From: a virus
Lineage: Duplodnaviria; Caudoviricetes
Virus record (IMG/VR): IMGVR_UViG_3300027754_002235
Span: 1 to 56,257 of that record
Reading direction: 5' to 3' (one strand)
Length of the DNA: 56,257 nt
The notes beneath the pieces were generated by a model. That model made no database searches and had not been told where the DNA came from. It was given only the letters and a program-made list of their open reading frames with translations. This document shows positions 17,121 through 27,100 of this stretch, piece by piece. A program made the translations under genes and the position numbers. How positions within the stretch are numbered: the first letter of the stretch is position 1; every line of letters begins with the position of its first letter.

Positions 17121-18067
17121 AATTCTTTTGTACTCATTATGTCAAAATTACAATGACACATTGTTTTATTACATAACACTGGCGTTTTAGGTACTTCAAA
17201 AGCTTCAAAAATGTTGCCAATCTTGCCACCTACTCTACACCAACCACGGTATATATCACCGCCCAAATCTACAATAATCTGCTCGACACCAGCATAACAT
17301 TTCCATCCACTCCAGTCATTTGTTTTTTGACTAATAAATCTATGTGCGCTAGAAACAACTTCTGTAGTATCTTCCTTAATCATTTTCATAGCACCACGGT
17401 AATAATCAAAAGATTTGGTGTACTTAATATGCTTTACAATCAATTCATGTTGTTTATCAAATATCTTCTTTTGAAAGTCATCATACTCATATAATGTGTC
17501 ACCAAAATCATGTATCAATGGTTGTAATGCCATACTGATATTACCAATACCTTTAACTTTATTAGCTACAGCATAACAGAAGTCAAACTTATCAGGACTC
17601 ATCATAATGTTCACATGGGTACGTACTTCATCATGTAATACTTTAACTACATTTACAAAGTGATCCGCATCAGCAAACTCGGGGTGAAAGCTTAAGCACA
17701 CGTGGTCAAAGTATTGTTTATTATCTTCCCACCAACGTAATGTTCTACTACCATTACTAATCAATCCAACTTTAGCACCTAACTCAGTACAATGCTTACA
17801 TATTTCTACAAAGTGTTTGTATAGTGTTACTTCTCCACCAGTTAATTCAAAGTAAACTTTACGTGGAGCAACTTGTTCTACTACCCGTGTGATGAATTCC
17901 TTAACTTTATCTAGTTCAGGCCATTTAATGTCACCTGAATGAAGATTTTCTGGACAATAACTACATTCAAAGTTACACGTATTGCCCATACACCAATTAA
18001 CGACAAACCATTCTTCGTGCGTGGGATTACTGTGTACTAACTTAATATAATTATGCTCCATTACCAT
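17117..18067 (-). CDS. Radical SAM protein with C-terminal SPASM/twitch-like domain
   Basis: CNFECSYC, TGGEVT, SNGSR, SFH; C-terminal GWKCYAG...WCRVGG...CNKTMCHC. Confidence 0.9.
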   Translation of the reverse strand: MVMEHNYIKLVHSNPTHEEWFVVNWCMGNTCNFECSYCPENLHSGDIKWPELDKVKEFITRVVEQVAPRKVYFELTGGEVTLYKHFVEICKHCTELGAKVGLISNGSRTLRWWEDNKQYFDHVCLSFHPEFADADHFVNVVKVLHDEVRTHVNIMMSPDKFDFCYAVANKVKGIGNISMALQPLIHDFGDTLYEYDDFQKKIFDKQHELIVKHIKYTKSFDYYRGAMKMIKEDTTEVVSSAHRFISQKTNDWSGWKCYAGVEQIIVDLGGDIYRGWCRVGGKIGNIFEAFEVPKTPVLCNKTMCHCNFDIMSTKEL

Positions 18068-19014
18068 CCTTCTATTTTTCTAATCACATCCATCTCTTTA
18101 ACTAACGGTCCGAGATTATATTTATCGGCACTATAATGACGTTTGAAGAACTTGCTTTGTCCTCCATCAAAGTGATGCATCGGTAATCTCAATTTGTCAT
18201 TTAATGCGGCACCTAGTAATGCTGATTCACGATCAGGATCTCTATGCGAATGTTCTTCCCATAGTACCTTATAGTTATCAAACCATTGTACGTTAGCAGG
18301 ATCCCACTCAGTAAGCATAGTCATATATGTACCAAGTCTTGCACCATATATAGCCCAATCTCCGTTATCTACATCACGTCCAATGTTGTGCCAAATAGTT
18401 AAGTTGTTTAAGTTACGACTTGCAACGGTTTCTTTTAGTGCATCAACTGTAGGTTTTGAACCACGGTCAAGAACCATTTTTACTCCTTCTCTGAATCCAG
18501 CTCGCCACGCTTGAAACGGAGTATAATTAGGATAAGTAGTAGAGTGGCAATCATACATTGTCCAGTATAAGTTATCTTTGCTGTCTAAACAAAAGTCAGC
18601 AATTCGTGAAACATCACCTTCAGTTTGATGCTCATGTGTTTTCATTTCACGCACATAAGTTTTTGTCCAAGAACTCATTCCACCATTACCATAGCGTAAT
18701 CCATTAATATTGTTAATAGCTTTCCAACGATATTGCGCTATCTTATAGTTAGGATCTTTATCAGTAAAGTCTAATTGTAGATTGAAGAAACTTTCTTCTG
18801 GCATATTATCGCCGTCAATTAAAATGAAACGTTCAGTATCACTCATTTGTCCTGCGGCTTTATGTGCGGCATCACTACCTTTGATACTATCAACACGTTT
18901 AGCCCAAGGTACCATGTTTTTAATCTTTAACCAAAATTCTTCTTTTTGTGGCTCATCATAGCTAAGATAGATGCAGTCTAAATCAGCTACATCAATGATA
19001 TCCTCAGAGTTCAT
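18061..19014 (-). CDS. Putative GT-A fold glycosyltransferase
   Basis: DCIYLSYDE, AHKAA, FILIDGDN (DxD after a hydrophobic strand), NGLRYGNGG, AWRAGFREGVKM. Confidence 0.6.
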   Translation of the reverse strand: MNSEDIIDVADLDCIYLSYDEPQKEEFWLKIKNMVPWAKRVDSIKGSDAAHKAAGQMSDTERFILIDGDNMPEESFFNLQLDFTDKDPNYKIAQYRWKAINNINGLRYGNGGMSSWTKTYVREMKTHEHQTEGDVSRIADFCLDSKDNLYWTMYDCHSTTYPNYTPFQAWRAGFREGVKMVLDRGSKPTVDALKETVASRNLNNLTIWHNIGRDVDNGDWAIYGARLGTYMTMLTEWDPANVQWFDNYKVLWEEHSHRDPDRESALLGAALNDKLRLPMHHFDGGQSKFFKRHYSADKYNLGPLVKEMDVIRKIEGW

Positions 19015-19330
19015 ATGTTTTTAATTTCCATTTAGTTATATTATTATGGGAACTGTCTACTACAACACTTAAATCTTCGCTTGCACACATTGTACCTTCA
19101 TTGTCATGTACTAATTTAGATACAATTGATCCAGCAATAGCACCTGACACTTTACCGTCTATTACTTTAAGATCAGGACGACCTTGAGCAAATGTACTAG
19201 TATCAATTACAACGTAATTACCTTCTGGTTTTTCGCAAGTATAAAATAATACATTGCCTCGTTCATCATAATATAATCTGAACTCGGGTTTAATGATAGG
19301 AGGTGCTTCCCAAATTACAAATTCTTCCAT
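19004..19330 (-). CDS. Hypothetical protein
   Basis: 108-aa ORF overlapping both neighbours in the operon. Confidence 0.75.
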   Translation of the reverse strand: MEEFVIWEAPPIIKPEFRLYYDERGNVLFYTCEKPEGNYVVIDTSTFAQGRPDLKVIDGKVSGAIAGSIVSKLVHDNEGTMCASEDLSVVVDSSHNNITKWKLKTYEL

Positions 19331-20076
19331 TAATAACTTTCTAATATTTTATCACTAAACGATTTAATATGATAGTGGAATGGATACTGTTGTGCATAAG
19401 TGTTTACTCTAATCGTTTTGGGTAACACTTCGTATACTAATGTTTTAGTCCAATCTTCACTAGGAATACCATTAATATATTGTTTCATATGTATCATACT
19501 CATTTCAGTAAAGTTTGGTAATGTAGTTTTTTCTACTCCCACAATGTGACAAGCTATAGCATATACCCAATCAGTTGATACTTCTTCATTTGGATTACAT
19601 TTTAATATAGCTTTGTATTCTTCCCAATTATCAAAAATATCTCTTACTACTGTATAAAATAGTTTAGCTGTTTCTGACTTCTTAAAATAAGTTATGCTAT
19701 TGTATGTGTCAGGCAACATGTTCTCATCAATAAACTTTCTATATACCCTACAGTCAGATAACTCACCCTTAAAGTTTCTAATATTTGTTGAAACTACAAC
19801 ATCATTTATACTTAATATGTCCCACCAATGTTCAATACTACGTGGAATAATCATATCTGCTTCTAGTTTGATTGTTTCATCGTACGGGCTTGCTTCATAT
19901 ACTTGCCAATCGTTTACATAACCACTAAGATTAGCATGCGGTAACATATCACTAGTGATAATAGTTATATTACTATTTGGCATTACTTTTTTAATGCTTA
20001 GTTCTAATGCTTTAGCACAGTTAGTATAACTGACTTTTTCAGTATCTTGTGCCATAATTACAAAACCTCTAGTCAT
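19330..20076 (-). CDS. GT-A fold glycosyltransferase-like protein (EAD variant)
   Basis: RGFVIMA, SPYDETIKLEADM, C-terminal HMK; paralog of 20073-20876. Confidence 0.65.
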   Translation of the reverse strand: MTRGFVIMAQDTEKVSYTNCAKALELSIKKVMPNSNITIITSDMLPHANLSGYVNDWQVYEASPYDETIKLEADMIIPRSIEHWWDILSINDVVVSTNIRNFKGELSDCRVYRKFIDENMLPDTYNSITYFKKSETAKLFYTVVRDIFDNWEEYKAILKCNPNEEVSTDWVYAIACHIVGVEKTTLPNFTEMSMIHMKQYINGIPSEDWTKTLVYEVLPKTIRVNTYAQQYPFHYHIKSFSDKILESY

Positions 20077-20876
20077 GCTATTAGCTCCATAAAGTTTTCT
20101 TTATTCATAACGTGAAAATCCATATCTTTAATTGTTATATATTCTTTGCGTATCTTGCCGCGTTGCCAGTTGTCGTACATAACAGTATATTTGGTGTTGA
20201 ACTCATCTTCATTGTCTCTGTATATTGATGTATTTTTACCTACATGTACTAAGTTCCATGGAATAATATCACGTCCATTATCACTATGTCCGTTTGCTAT
20301 ACGTAGTGCAAGTGTTAATGCGTAATCATTACGGTATACCCCGCCAACAAAGCTGTGAATATCACAGTAATGGTCATAATTCTTTTGTACCATTTCTAAG
20401 CATTCAAATATTTGTTTAGAACGGTTAGTTTTTTTGAAGGTAACTACTGTAGCCCATAACGTATTAAAACTATATGAACTTAATACTTCTTGTGCCACTC
20501 CTGGTTGCATCAAATAACTAGTAGTATTATGGCAACAAAAATCATCATATATGGTAAACGTTCTTAATAGCTTACCTGAGTTAACCATGTAATCTGTATC
20601 TAATAGTATAGTTTCGTCATATGGGCTAAAATCATATGCTTGATATCTTCCCTTGTTAATCCATATGGTGTGTTCACGTATATTGTTTTTATCAGCATTA
20701 GTAATTATAACTTTATCAAATGTGTAGTTTTGAATTGACGGAATTGAATCCTCATCTGTAACTAATGTGACTGGAAGATTTAAAAAATAATTTATGCGTT
20801 TAGCAGTAGCTACTGCCATGTCATAGTAATTGAACTTGGGCGAGTTAAACGCAAATAATATTGCACCTTTGCTCAT
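20073..20876 (-). CDS. GT-A fold glycosyltransferase-like protein (DTD)
   Basis: KGAILFA, LPVTLVTD, SPYDETILLDTDY, WATVVTF, RNDYA, HVMNK. Confidence 0.7.
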   Translation of the reverse strand: MSKGAILFAFNSPKFNYYDMAVATAKRINYFLNLPVTLVTDEDSIPSIQNYTFDKVIITNADKNNIREHTIWINKGRYQAYDFSPYDETILLDTDYMVNSGKLLRTFTIYDDFCCHNTTSYLMQPGVAQEVLSSYSFNTLWATVVTFKKTNRSKQIFECLEMVQKNYDHYCDIHSFVGGVYRNDYALTLALRIANGHSDNGRDIIPWNLVHVGKNTSIYRDNEDEFNTKYTVMYDNWQRGKIRKEYITIKDMDFHVMNKENFMELIA

Positions 20877-21178
20877 CGTTTAATCTCAATCTCTTTCCAT
20901 TCTTTGTACCATTCAAGCATGCCTTTTTGATATGTATCTTTTAATACCAATAGTAGTTGTTCTCGGTTAACTTGTACTGGATTATCAAAGTTATCAATAA
21001 GAATTACAAAGTTATTATCCATTGAAATTAAGAATGATATAAGTTCGGGGGTAGCCCTCCAAAGTCCCCCTTGTTCAGCAATAATAAATTTGCCATCGTA
21101 TTTGTCTTTAAGTTGCGCTTTTGCGCTATTGTGGTTGAAGCGAGCTTTAGCTTCGCTAATTAAGGTTTTGGTATCCAT
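20873..21178 (-). CDS. Hypothetical protein, first gene of the glycan operon
   Basis: 101-aa ORF with AGGAG RBS and a late motif upstream. Confidence 0.8.
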   Translation of the reverse strand: MDTKTLISEAKARFNHNSAKAQLKDKYDGKFIIAEQGGLWRATPELISFLISMDNNFVILIDNFDNPVQVNREQLLLVLKDTYQKGMLEWYKEWKEIEIKR

Positions 21179-21222
21179 TAAACACTCCTAGAAGTATTTA
21201 GATGGATACCAAGTGGTTAATA
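21176..21222 (-). promoter_or_regulatory. Late promoter CTAAATA within an RBS-sequestering hairpin
   Basis: Minus strand TATTAA-C-CACTT-GGTAT-[CCATCTAA]-ATACT-TCTAG-GAGTG-T-TTAATG; the 3' arm includes part of the AGGAG and the ATG. Confidence 0.55.
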
Positions 21223-21226
21223 AAAA

Positions 21227-22177
21227 TTAACTGCCCGTTACTGTGCCAGATACAGATGGTGTTCCCCATGTATTAGCAATATATGTAACTTCAGGTGGAC
21301 GTATTGTTACTGTAGTAGCAGATCCGGTTGCTACAGTTAATCCGTTTGGAATCTCATCCCAAACTGTAGATATAGTAACCACATTGCCTACGTCACCGTT
21401 GCTACCTTGAGTACCATTTGTTTTAACAAAGATGTTAATGTTAGTTGATAAGTAACCAGAAGGCCCTGTACTAGCTGTTTGATAAAACGCATTTGCATTA
21501 CTAGTTGTCCAACTGTAATACCCGCTATTAGTAGATATATTAGCATTGGAGCCACCTCCGCCAATTTTAGTAACACCATTGTAACTTGTACTCGCAATTG
21601 TGGCAGCACCTGAAGTAGGTGAACTTAATACAACTGTTCCCACGTTACTTGCTAAGTTATTTAATAATAAATTGATGCCTGATCCAGCTGGATGAGCACA
21701 TGTAATAGCTAACTGTCCACCTGAGTTAAAGAAATAACGTGCGGCATCACCATTCGCAAAAGTAACTATATGAGTAAATGTTATTGCATTCAGCCAAGTA
21801 GGAGTATATGTAGCAGTATTTGCGCTTGTACCGCTTTGTGAGACGGCATTTAATCTATTTGTGTAAACAGTTTGTAAGTTAGTAACCACATTTGCATTAT
21901 ATGTAATTGTTGCTCCGGTGGCAGGTACTGCTACAGCAGTAATACTTGAACTCTGATGTGATGCCGAGCTTGCTGTTTTACTAACTAAATTAGCCCATTT
22001 AACAGCAGTTACTGTGTCTCCTACTGCTACGTTTGCTTCAGCAGTTTGTCCATATCCTGCGGCACCACTCCCAGTAGACCATACTGTGTTTAATGCATTA
22101 GCTGTTCCTCCAGGATTAGCACCTACTAACGCATTATAATCTGCGGCTTGAATTGTTCCGTATTGTGCGTAACTCAT
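21227..22177 (-). CDS. Putative virion structural (fibre/baseplate-associated) protein
   Basis: T/S/N/A/G-rich 316-aa protein with IQAADYN, GYGQT and ARYFFNSGG motifs; lies in the structural module. Confidence 0.65.
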   Translation of the reverse strand: MSYAQYGTIQAADYNALVGANPGGTANALNTVWSTGSGAAGYGQTAEANVAVGDTVTAVKWANLVSKTASSASHQSSSITAVAVPATGATITYNANVVTNLQTVYTNRLNAVSQSGTSANTATYTPTWLNAITFTHIVTFANGDAARYFFNSGGQLAITCAHPAGSGINLLLNNLASNVGTVVLSSPTSGAATIASTSYNGVTKIGGGGSNANISTNSGYYSWTTSNANAFYQTASTGPSGYLSTNINIFVKTNGTQGSNGDVGNVVTISTVWDEIPNGLTVATGSATTVTIRPPEVTYIANTWGTPSVSGTVTGS

Positions 22178-22180
22178 CTT

Positions 22181-23368
22181 TTATCCTTTAATTGAAACAA
22201 ATGCTTCTACTGTTCCAACACTATCAGTAGGTTTGTTAGCTAAAGCACGACCAATAACATTGAATGACGTAGCTTCACCTGCAGTGGCTGCACGTGCAAT
22301 GCCGTTACCAGCAGAAACTAATCTATCACCTTTACAAACTTTACCAGTTACTTTAACATGTATCCTGCCGCCTACTGCAACTGCAGGGTGAGTATCATCA
22401 TTGCCAGCTCCAGCATTCATTAAATAAGCCGCAGTATTTGATACTACACCAAATACATCTTCACTCAATTCATGTACTACTGCTGTGATTTCTGCATCAC
22501 CGCCTAATTCAACTACAGTACCGGCATCATATGGACTATCTGATTCAAAACGTTCTGCTAAGTCAGCATATGTTGCATTTAATCTTGCCCCTACACTTAA
22601 TGTCCAGATATCTGATATTGTTCCCCCGCCTGCAATTGCCGAAGTAGTTAAAATACTAGGATTTAATGCACCTGTATATGTTGGTAAAAATGCCGTTACG
22701 TTTGCATTTCCGTATGTTCCAACTGGATTAAATGGTGTTCCGTTCGCATAATAATAATTATCTGTTTTAATACCAGTAATAGCAACTAAGTTGCCATTAG
22801 TGATAATCATTGTATTGCCTGATGCACCGCCATTTGCTGTCCAAGTACCGGTTATTGTCCCTGTATTTGTGTTTGCTGCCCCGGCGTTAATATTTGCTGT
22901 ATTCAATGTAGTAACATTACCTATAGTAATGTTAGCGTTTGCAATTGTTGCATTAGCTGTAACAGTAGCTAAACGAACAGTGATAGTGTCTCCGACTAAT
23001 GCGTTTACTGCTGTAATATTATTTGCTTGTAGATTTCCAGTTACTGTTACTGAACCAAATGTTGTTGTGCCCGAGCCGCCGGATTGTGCTAATGTAATCC
23101 AAGAACTAGCGGTAGTAGTTCCGTCTGCAGGGCATACACACAATGTATTTGCATTTGTGTTATACCATAATTGGCCGCGCAATGGATTAGATGGAGGAGT
23201 TGTATCCGCAAAGTTTTCTACTGCGTGAACAAAGTTAGTATCAAGTGATTGACCGTAACCAGCATAATTCCTACCCGGTAAACCCAATGAGGTACTAGTT
23301 GTGTTTATAGTACCATCAGCAATGGTTGTTAGTACTGTTCCGTCGGATTTTACAATCGTATATGCCAT
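22181..23368 (-). CDS. Putative tail fibre/baseplate protein with C-terminal chaperone-like domain
   Basis: N-terminal MAYTIVKSDGT...GRNYAGYG...ENFA...P.NPLRGQLWY; central AN/T-rich beta repeats; C-terminal YADLAERF...GTVV...GVVS...KGDRLVS...IGRAL. Confidence 0.7.
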   Translation of the reverse strand: MAYTIVKSDGTVLTTIADGTINTTSTSLGLPGRNYAGYGQSLDTNFVHAVENFADTTPPSNPLRGQLWYNTNANTLCVCPADGTTTASSWITLAQSGGSGTTTFGSVTVTGNLQANNITAVNALVGDTITVRLATVTANATIANANITIGNVTTLNTANINAGAANTNTGTITGTWTANGGASGNTMIITNGNLVAITGIKTDNYYYANGTPFNPVGTYGNANVTAFLPTYTGALNPSILTTSAIAGGGTISDIWTLSVGARLNATYADLAERFESDSPYDAGTVVELGGDAEITAVVHELSEDVFGVVSNTAAYLMNAGAGNDDTHPAVAVGGRIHVKVTGKVCKGDRLVSAGNGIARAATAGEATSFNVIGRALANKPTDSVGTVEAFVSIKG

Positions 23369-23391
23369 ATTAAATTATCCCGATATTCTGT

Positions 23392-23399
23392 TATTTATC
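23392..23399 (-). promoter_or_regulatory. Late promoter GATAAATA
   Basis: Intergenic, 23 nt upstream of ATG 23368. Confidence 0.6.
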
Positions 23400-24020
23400 T
23401 TAAATTGTCACTAGATTAGTCAAACTTTGAATTCTGACTGTATAATCTATTTGAATTTGTCTATTCAAACTCTTTTGTACTGGGTGAAAAATCACATGAG
23501 TTAATAACCTTGTGAGAACATTCCCGTCACCATCTGTTCCATAATTTGCTAACAAACCCAATTCATCAAATACATAAGCTGAATCTGTTTGAGTACTATT
23601 GTCAAATGCATTCTGGCCAGCTGGCTCACCGTAGTCTAATAAACATTGTACTAAAATGTCAGTATACACACGACCAGTAGTATGCGAAACTGTCATTTTA
23701 TTACGTGTAGGGTCTAGGTTAAAAACACTAGTGTCATCTACAATTTTAGCATAGGTTTGATTATATAGGGCTGCATTTTGACCAGTTGTATTTGGGGGTA
23801 AATATGTAATAACACCTGTTTCATCTACGCTTGCACCACCATTCCCAAATGCCATTTGATAAATCTCACCGTAACCACGACTGCTTAATGTATCAGCAAT
23901 GGCCTCACTCATGTTTTCGTAGTTAATAGCATTATGCTTATCTACTAAAACTTCTCCGCTATTAGGGTCATAAATCTTTAAAAACCCCTCTACTTTATAT
24001 GATAGTGTTATTACTGACAT
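23400..24020 (-). CDS. Putative baseplate/virion structural protein
   Basis: 206 aa; MAFGNGG, LDYGEP, FDELGL and THVIFHPVQKS motifs; structural context. Confidence 0.65.
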   Translation of the reverse strand: MSVITLSYKVEGFLKIYDPNSGEVLVDKHNAINYENMSEAIADTLSSRGYGEIYQMAFGNGGASVDETGVITYLPPNTTGQNAALYNQTYAKIVDDTSVFNLDPTRNKMTVSHTTGRVYTDILVQCLLDYGEPAGQNAFDNSTQTDSAYVFDELGLLANYGTDGDGNVLTRLLTHVIFHPVQKSLNRQIQIDYTVRIQSLTNLVTI

Positions 24021-24172
24021 TAGTTATCGCCTCTTGTTTGAACCAGTACTTCGTTAGTGTTTGGATCAGTTATTTTTATATGAGATGAGAAGTAAAATCC
24101 GCCGTGTTCGTCGGGTTTAGGTCCATATTCCTGTACAGGAATAGTCTTATTTTCTTCTACATTATCGCTCAT
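24020..24172 (-). CDS. Small protein (50 aa) resembling the N-terminus of the next gene
   Basis: Hand translation MSDNVEENKTIPVQEYGPKPDEHGGFYFSSHIKITDPNTNEVLVQTRGDN*; TAATG coupling at 24020; GATAAATA 5 nt before the ATG. Confidence 0.75.
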   Translation of the reverse strand: MSDNVEENKTIPVQEYGPKPDEHGGFYFSSHIKITDPNTNEVLVQTRGDN

Positions 24173-24177
24173 ATATT

Positions 24178-24185
24178 TATTTATC
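24178..24185 (-). promoter_or_regulatory. Late promoter GATAAATA
   Basis: Minus strand GATAAATA-AATAT-ATG(24172). Confidence 0.6.
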
Positions 24186-24187
24186 AT

Positions 24188-27100
24188 TTAAGACACATCG
24201 GTATTTAAGAAATATGCCGCTACTGTCTCACTAATTTGTAACGGATCACCATCAGTTACATCGTAAACGTTACTATTCCAAGTCAAATTGTAATTTACAC
24301 TAGGCAACAAGTTACTAGACAATATGCCAAATACTTCAGAATATTCCGGAATATAGGCTAATTCTCCAGTACCATTAGTTCCTCGCTGTAACCCAGAAAT
24401 AGCATTTAATGCTACTGCTATACCTGTTCCAGATCCAATTCCGGTTGCAGTAAATTCTAATTCCGGAGTGTTACTGCTTGCACCAATAGCTGTAAAGTCG
24501 GTAGTTCCTACAGACTGTATAACATAATTGCGACCTACTTTAAAAGTACCGGCTTGCAATATAGGATTTACAGTTGTATATTTAATTTGTTCCCCATTAA
24601 TATATAACAAATTACCTTCAAGTGTAGTAATAGTTAGACTGTCACCTACGGTAACATCATTATATATTTCTAATATTGGTGATAAATCTATAACAACAAT
24701 ATCATAATTAGTAGCATCTACATAACTGCTAGTAGTATTATTGTACACAATTACACTAGAAATAATATTCTTATCCGCAGTTAATCCAATACTAATAATA
24801 TCGTTAACTTCTGCCGGTGCAATAACATTTTGTATGATGGTATCAGTTACTCTAGTTGAATCATTAATATATAAAGTTAAATCAGTATAGAATAAGGGTT
24901 CTACTAACCAAGTTTTAGTATTAGTATTTGCTCTATATACAGATTCCGTGCTATTTTTATTAACATTCTGTAAATATACCAATTCATTTGGTGTTGCACT
25001 AGATATCATACTAGTGATTATAATTTCATCAGATGATACAATTGTAACTAAAATACTCAAGTTATTATTGGCATTTAAGTACAATGATAATGCGGGTACA
25101 CGATATCCATTAATTGTAACCCATAGTCGGTCAACATTACTTTGTTCCCAATCACTATCAACTACAAATGTTTCATCTATCCACAGATAACCACCGGATA
25201 TGTATGAAGATATACTTGTAACCGGGTCGTTAACATCACCAATCTCAGACAAGTATGGGGAATTATACAAATCAACTTGTGTGTCATTAATTACGTGGAC
25301 ATAATAAGTATTGTTATTTAATTGAATTGAACCTAAAGTACCGTCTATTCTGATTAGTTCATCACTTGCAGTCGGAGAAGCTAATCCATGCGGGCTACCA
25401 GTAGTTACACGTACTGCAGGTTGTCCACCTACATATGCTATTATAACTCCGGTATCGGTAGTCAATGTAAATGTTGTGCCGCCCAATGTTGATGAGATAG
25501 TAAATGTACCATCATACGGGAATGTTACTGATTTTACATAATACATAGTGCCATCTGTTAATACATTACCAAATGATGTTCCTTGAAATATAATTGTTTG
25601 ATCTACAATGAATCCACTAGAATCACTACATGTTAATAAATTAGTACCTGTAGTAGTGGCAGTAACATATACTGATGTGATAGGAAGAGTTATTTGATTA
25701 TTAATATTAACAATATTAGAAACTGTAGCTCCTGTTATATCATACTGAGTATTAAAATCCTGTCTTTCAGTTAAGTTATAACTTGTTACAGCAATAGTCT
25801 CACTAGACGACGGAGTTAATGTAGTAAAAGTCAATGTATTTGTTACATCATCAATTGTATATTCTGTATCAATTATACGAACTCCGTCAATTTCTACTAT
25901 TGCATTTAATGGGTTATCACCACTAACATAATTAGTTAATGTAAATGGGCCCACTGTTCCATCACCTTCAATCAATTGTAGTTCTGGAATAGTATACCCA
26001 TATTGAGCTGGATATGTTTCGCCAAATACAGTATATGTCAAATAATCCACAGTATCATCATATTGTGCTGTAAATATTATTATTGCTGCTATACCATTTG
26101 GTGCTATACCAAACGTATAATCATTTGTAATAGAAATTGCACCACCTGAAGCATTTGTTAGAGCTAGTGTAGGTCCGGGAACACCACTTACACTAGTTGC
26201 TGAAATAGTAAACTGATTACTATCAATAATTGATTTAATATAATATGTTGTTTGAGGAGCTATTACTCCACCAAACATTGTATCACTGAATATAATTGGC
26301 TGATTTACCACCATTCCTTCAGTAGAATTACATGTAACACTATCATTGGTACTTTCAGTTTCAGTTATACGAGTTGAATTACCTAATACCAATCTATTAC
26401 CATTATGATACACAATAGGATCACTCCATGTTGTGCCACTACCTGTTTGAATTATTATATCCATTGATCCTGTATCAGTAGTTAACTGGAATGTAGGTCC
26501 GGCTACTCCACCTATAGTAGTATCTGATATAGTAATCTTATTTGTTACAGTGCTAATAGTTTTTATGTAATAATTTGTACCCACAACAATGCCACCAAAC
26601 ACACCACCTTGGAATACAATTTGTTCATTCAACGTAAGATCAATTACGGTGTCACATAATATAGTATCATTAACACTGTCTGTTTCAGATGCAATAACGT
26701 TAATAGGCTCCGATCCAGGTCTGATAACTCCTGAACCCGCAGTACGTGTAGCAGAGTAGTTACAATTTAAATATATTTCATCAAACCCAGTAGTGTCATT
26801 AATCCTAATAGGATCAGATTGACTATTAGATTTTTCTAATTGATCGCCGTTACCCACTTCATATACTTCTATCATTAGTGAGTCATTTCCTGACAATGCA
26901 GTATTCAAACTAATTGTTTTTGCTATCCAATCAGTTGTAAAAGAATCATCATATAAACGGGTAGCTAATCCAGTTGAACCGTCAACTTGAAATACTGATA
27001 ACTGTGCTGGAATTTGCACTAGACCAAAGAAGTCAAAAGTTAATTGTCCTAAAGTTGGAGTAATTTGTGTAGAGACTACATTATATCCAACATGCTGATA

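Noticed and set aside
7335-18067. 7-deazaguanine (Que/Dpd) or RiPP pathway interpretation
   Set aside because: No QueC/QueD/FolE/DpdA, peptidase, RRE or transporter is recognisable; the neighbours are sugar enzymes.
22181-23368. Eight N-x-T sequons in the fibre-like protein as evidence of N-glycosylation
   Set aside because: Roughly the number expected from its very high Asn and Thr/Ser content, so no enrichment can be claimed.
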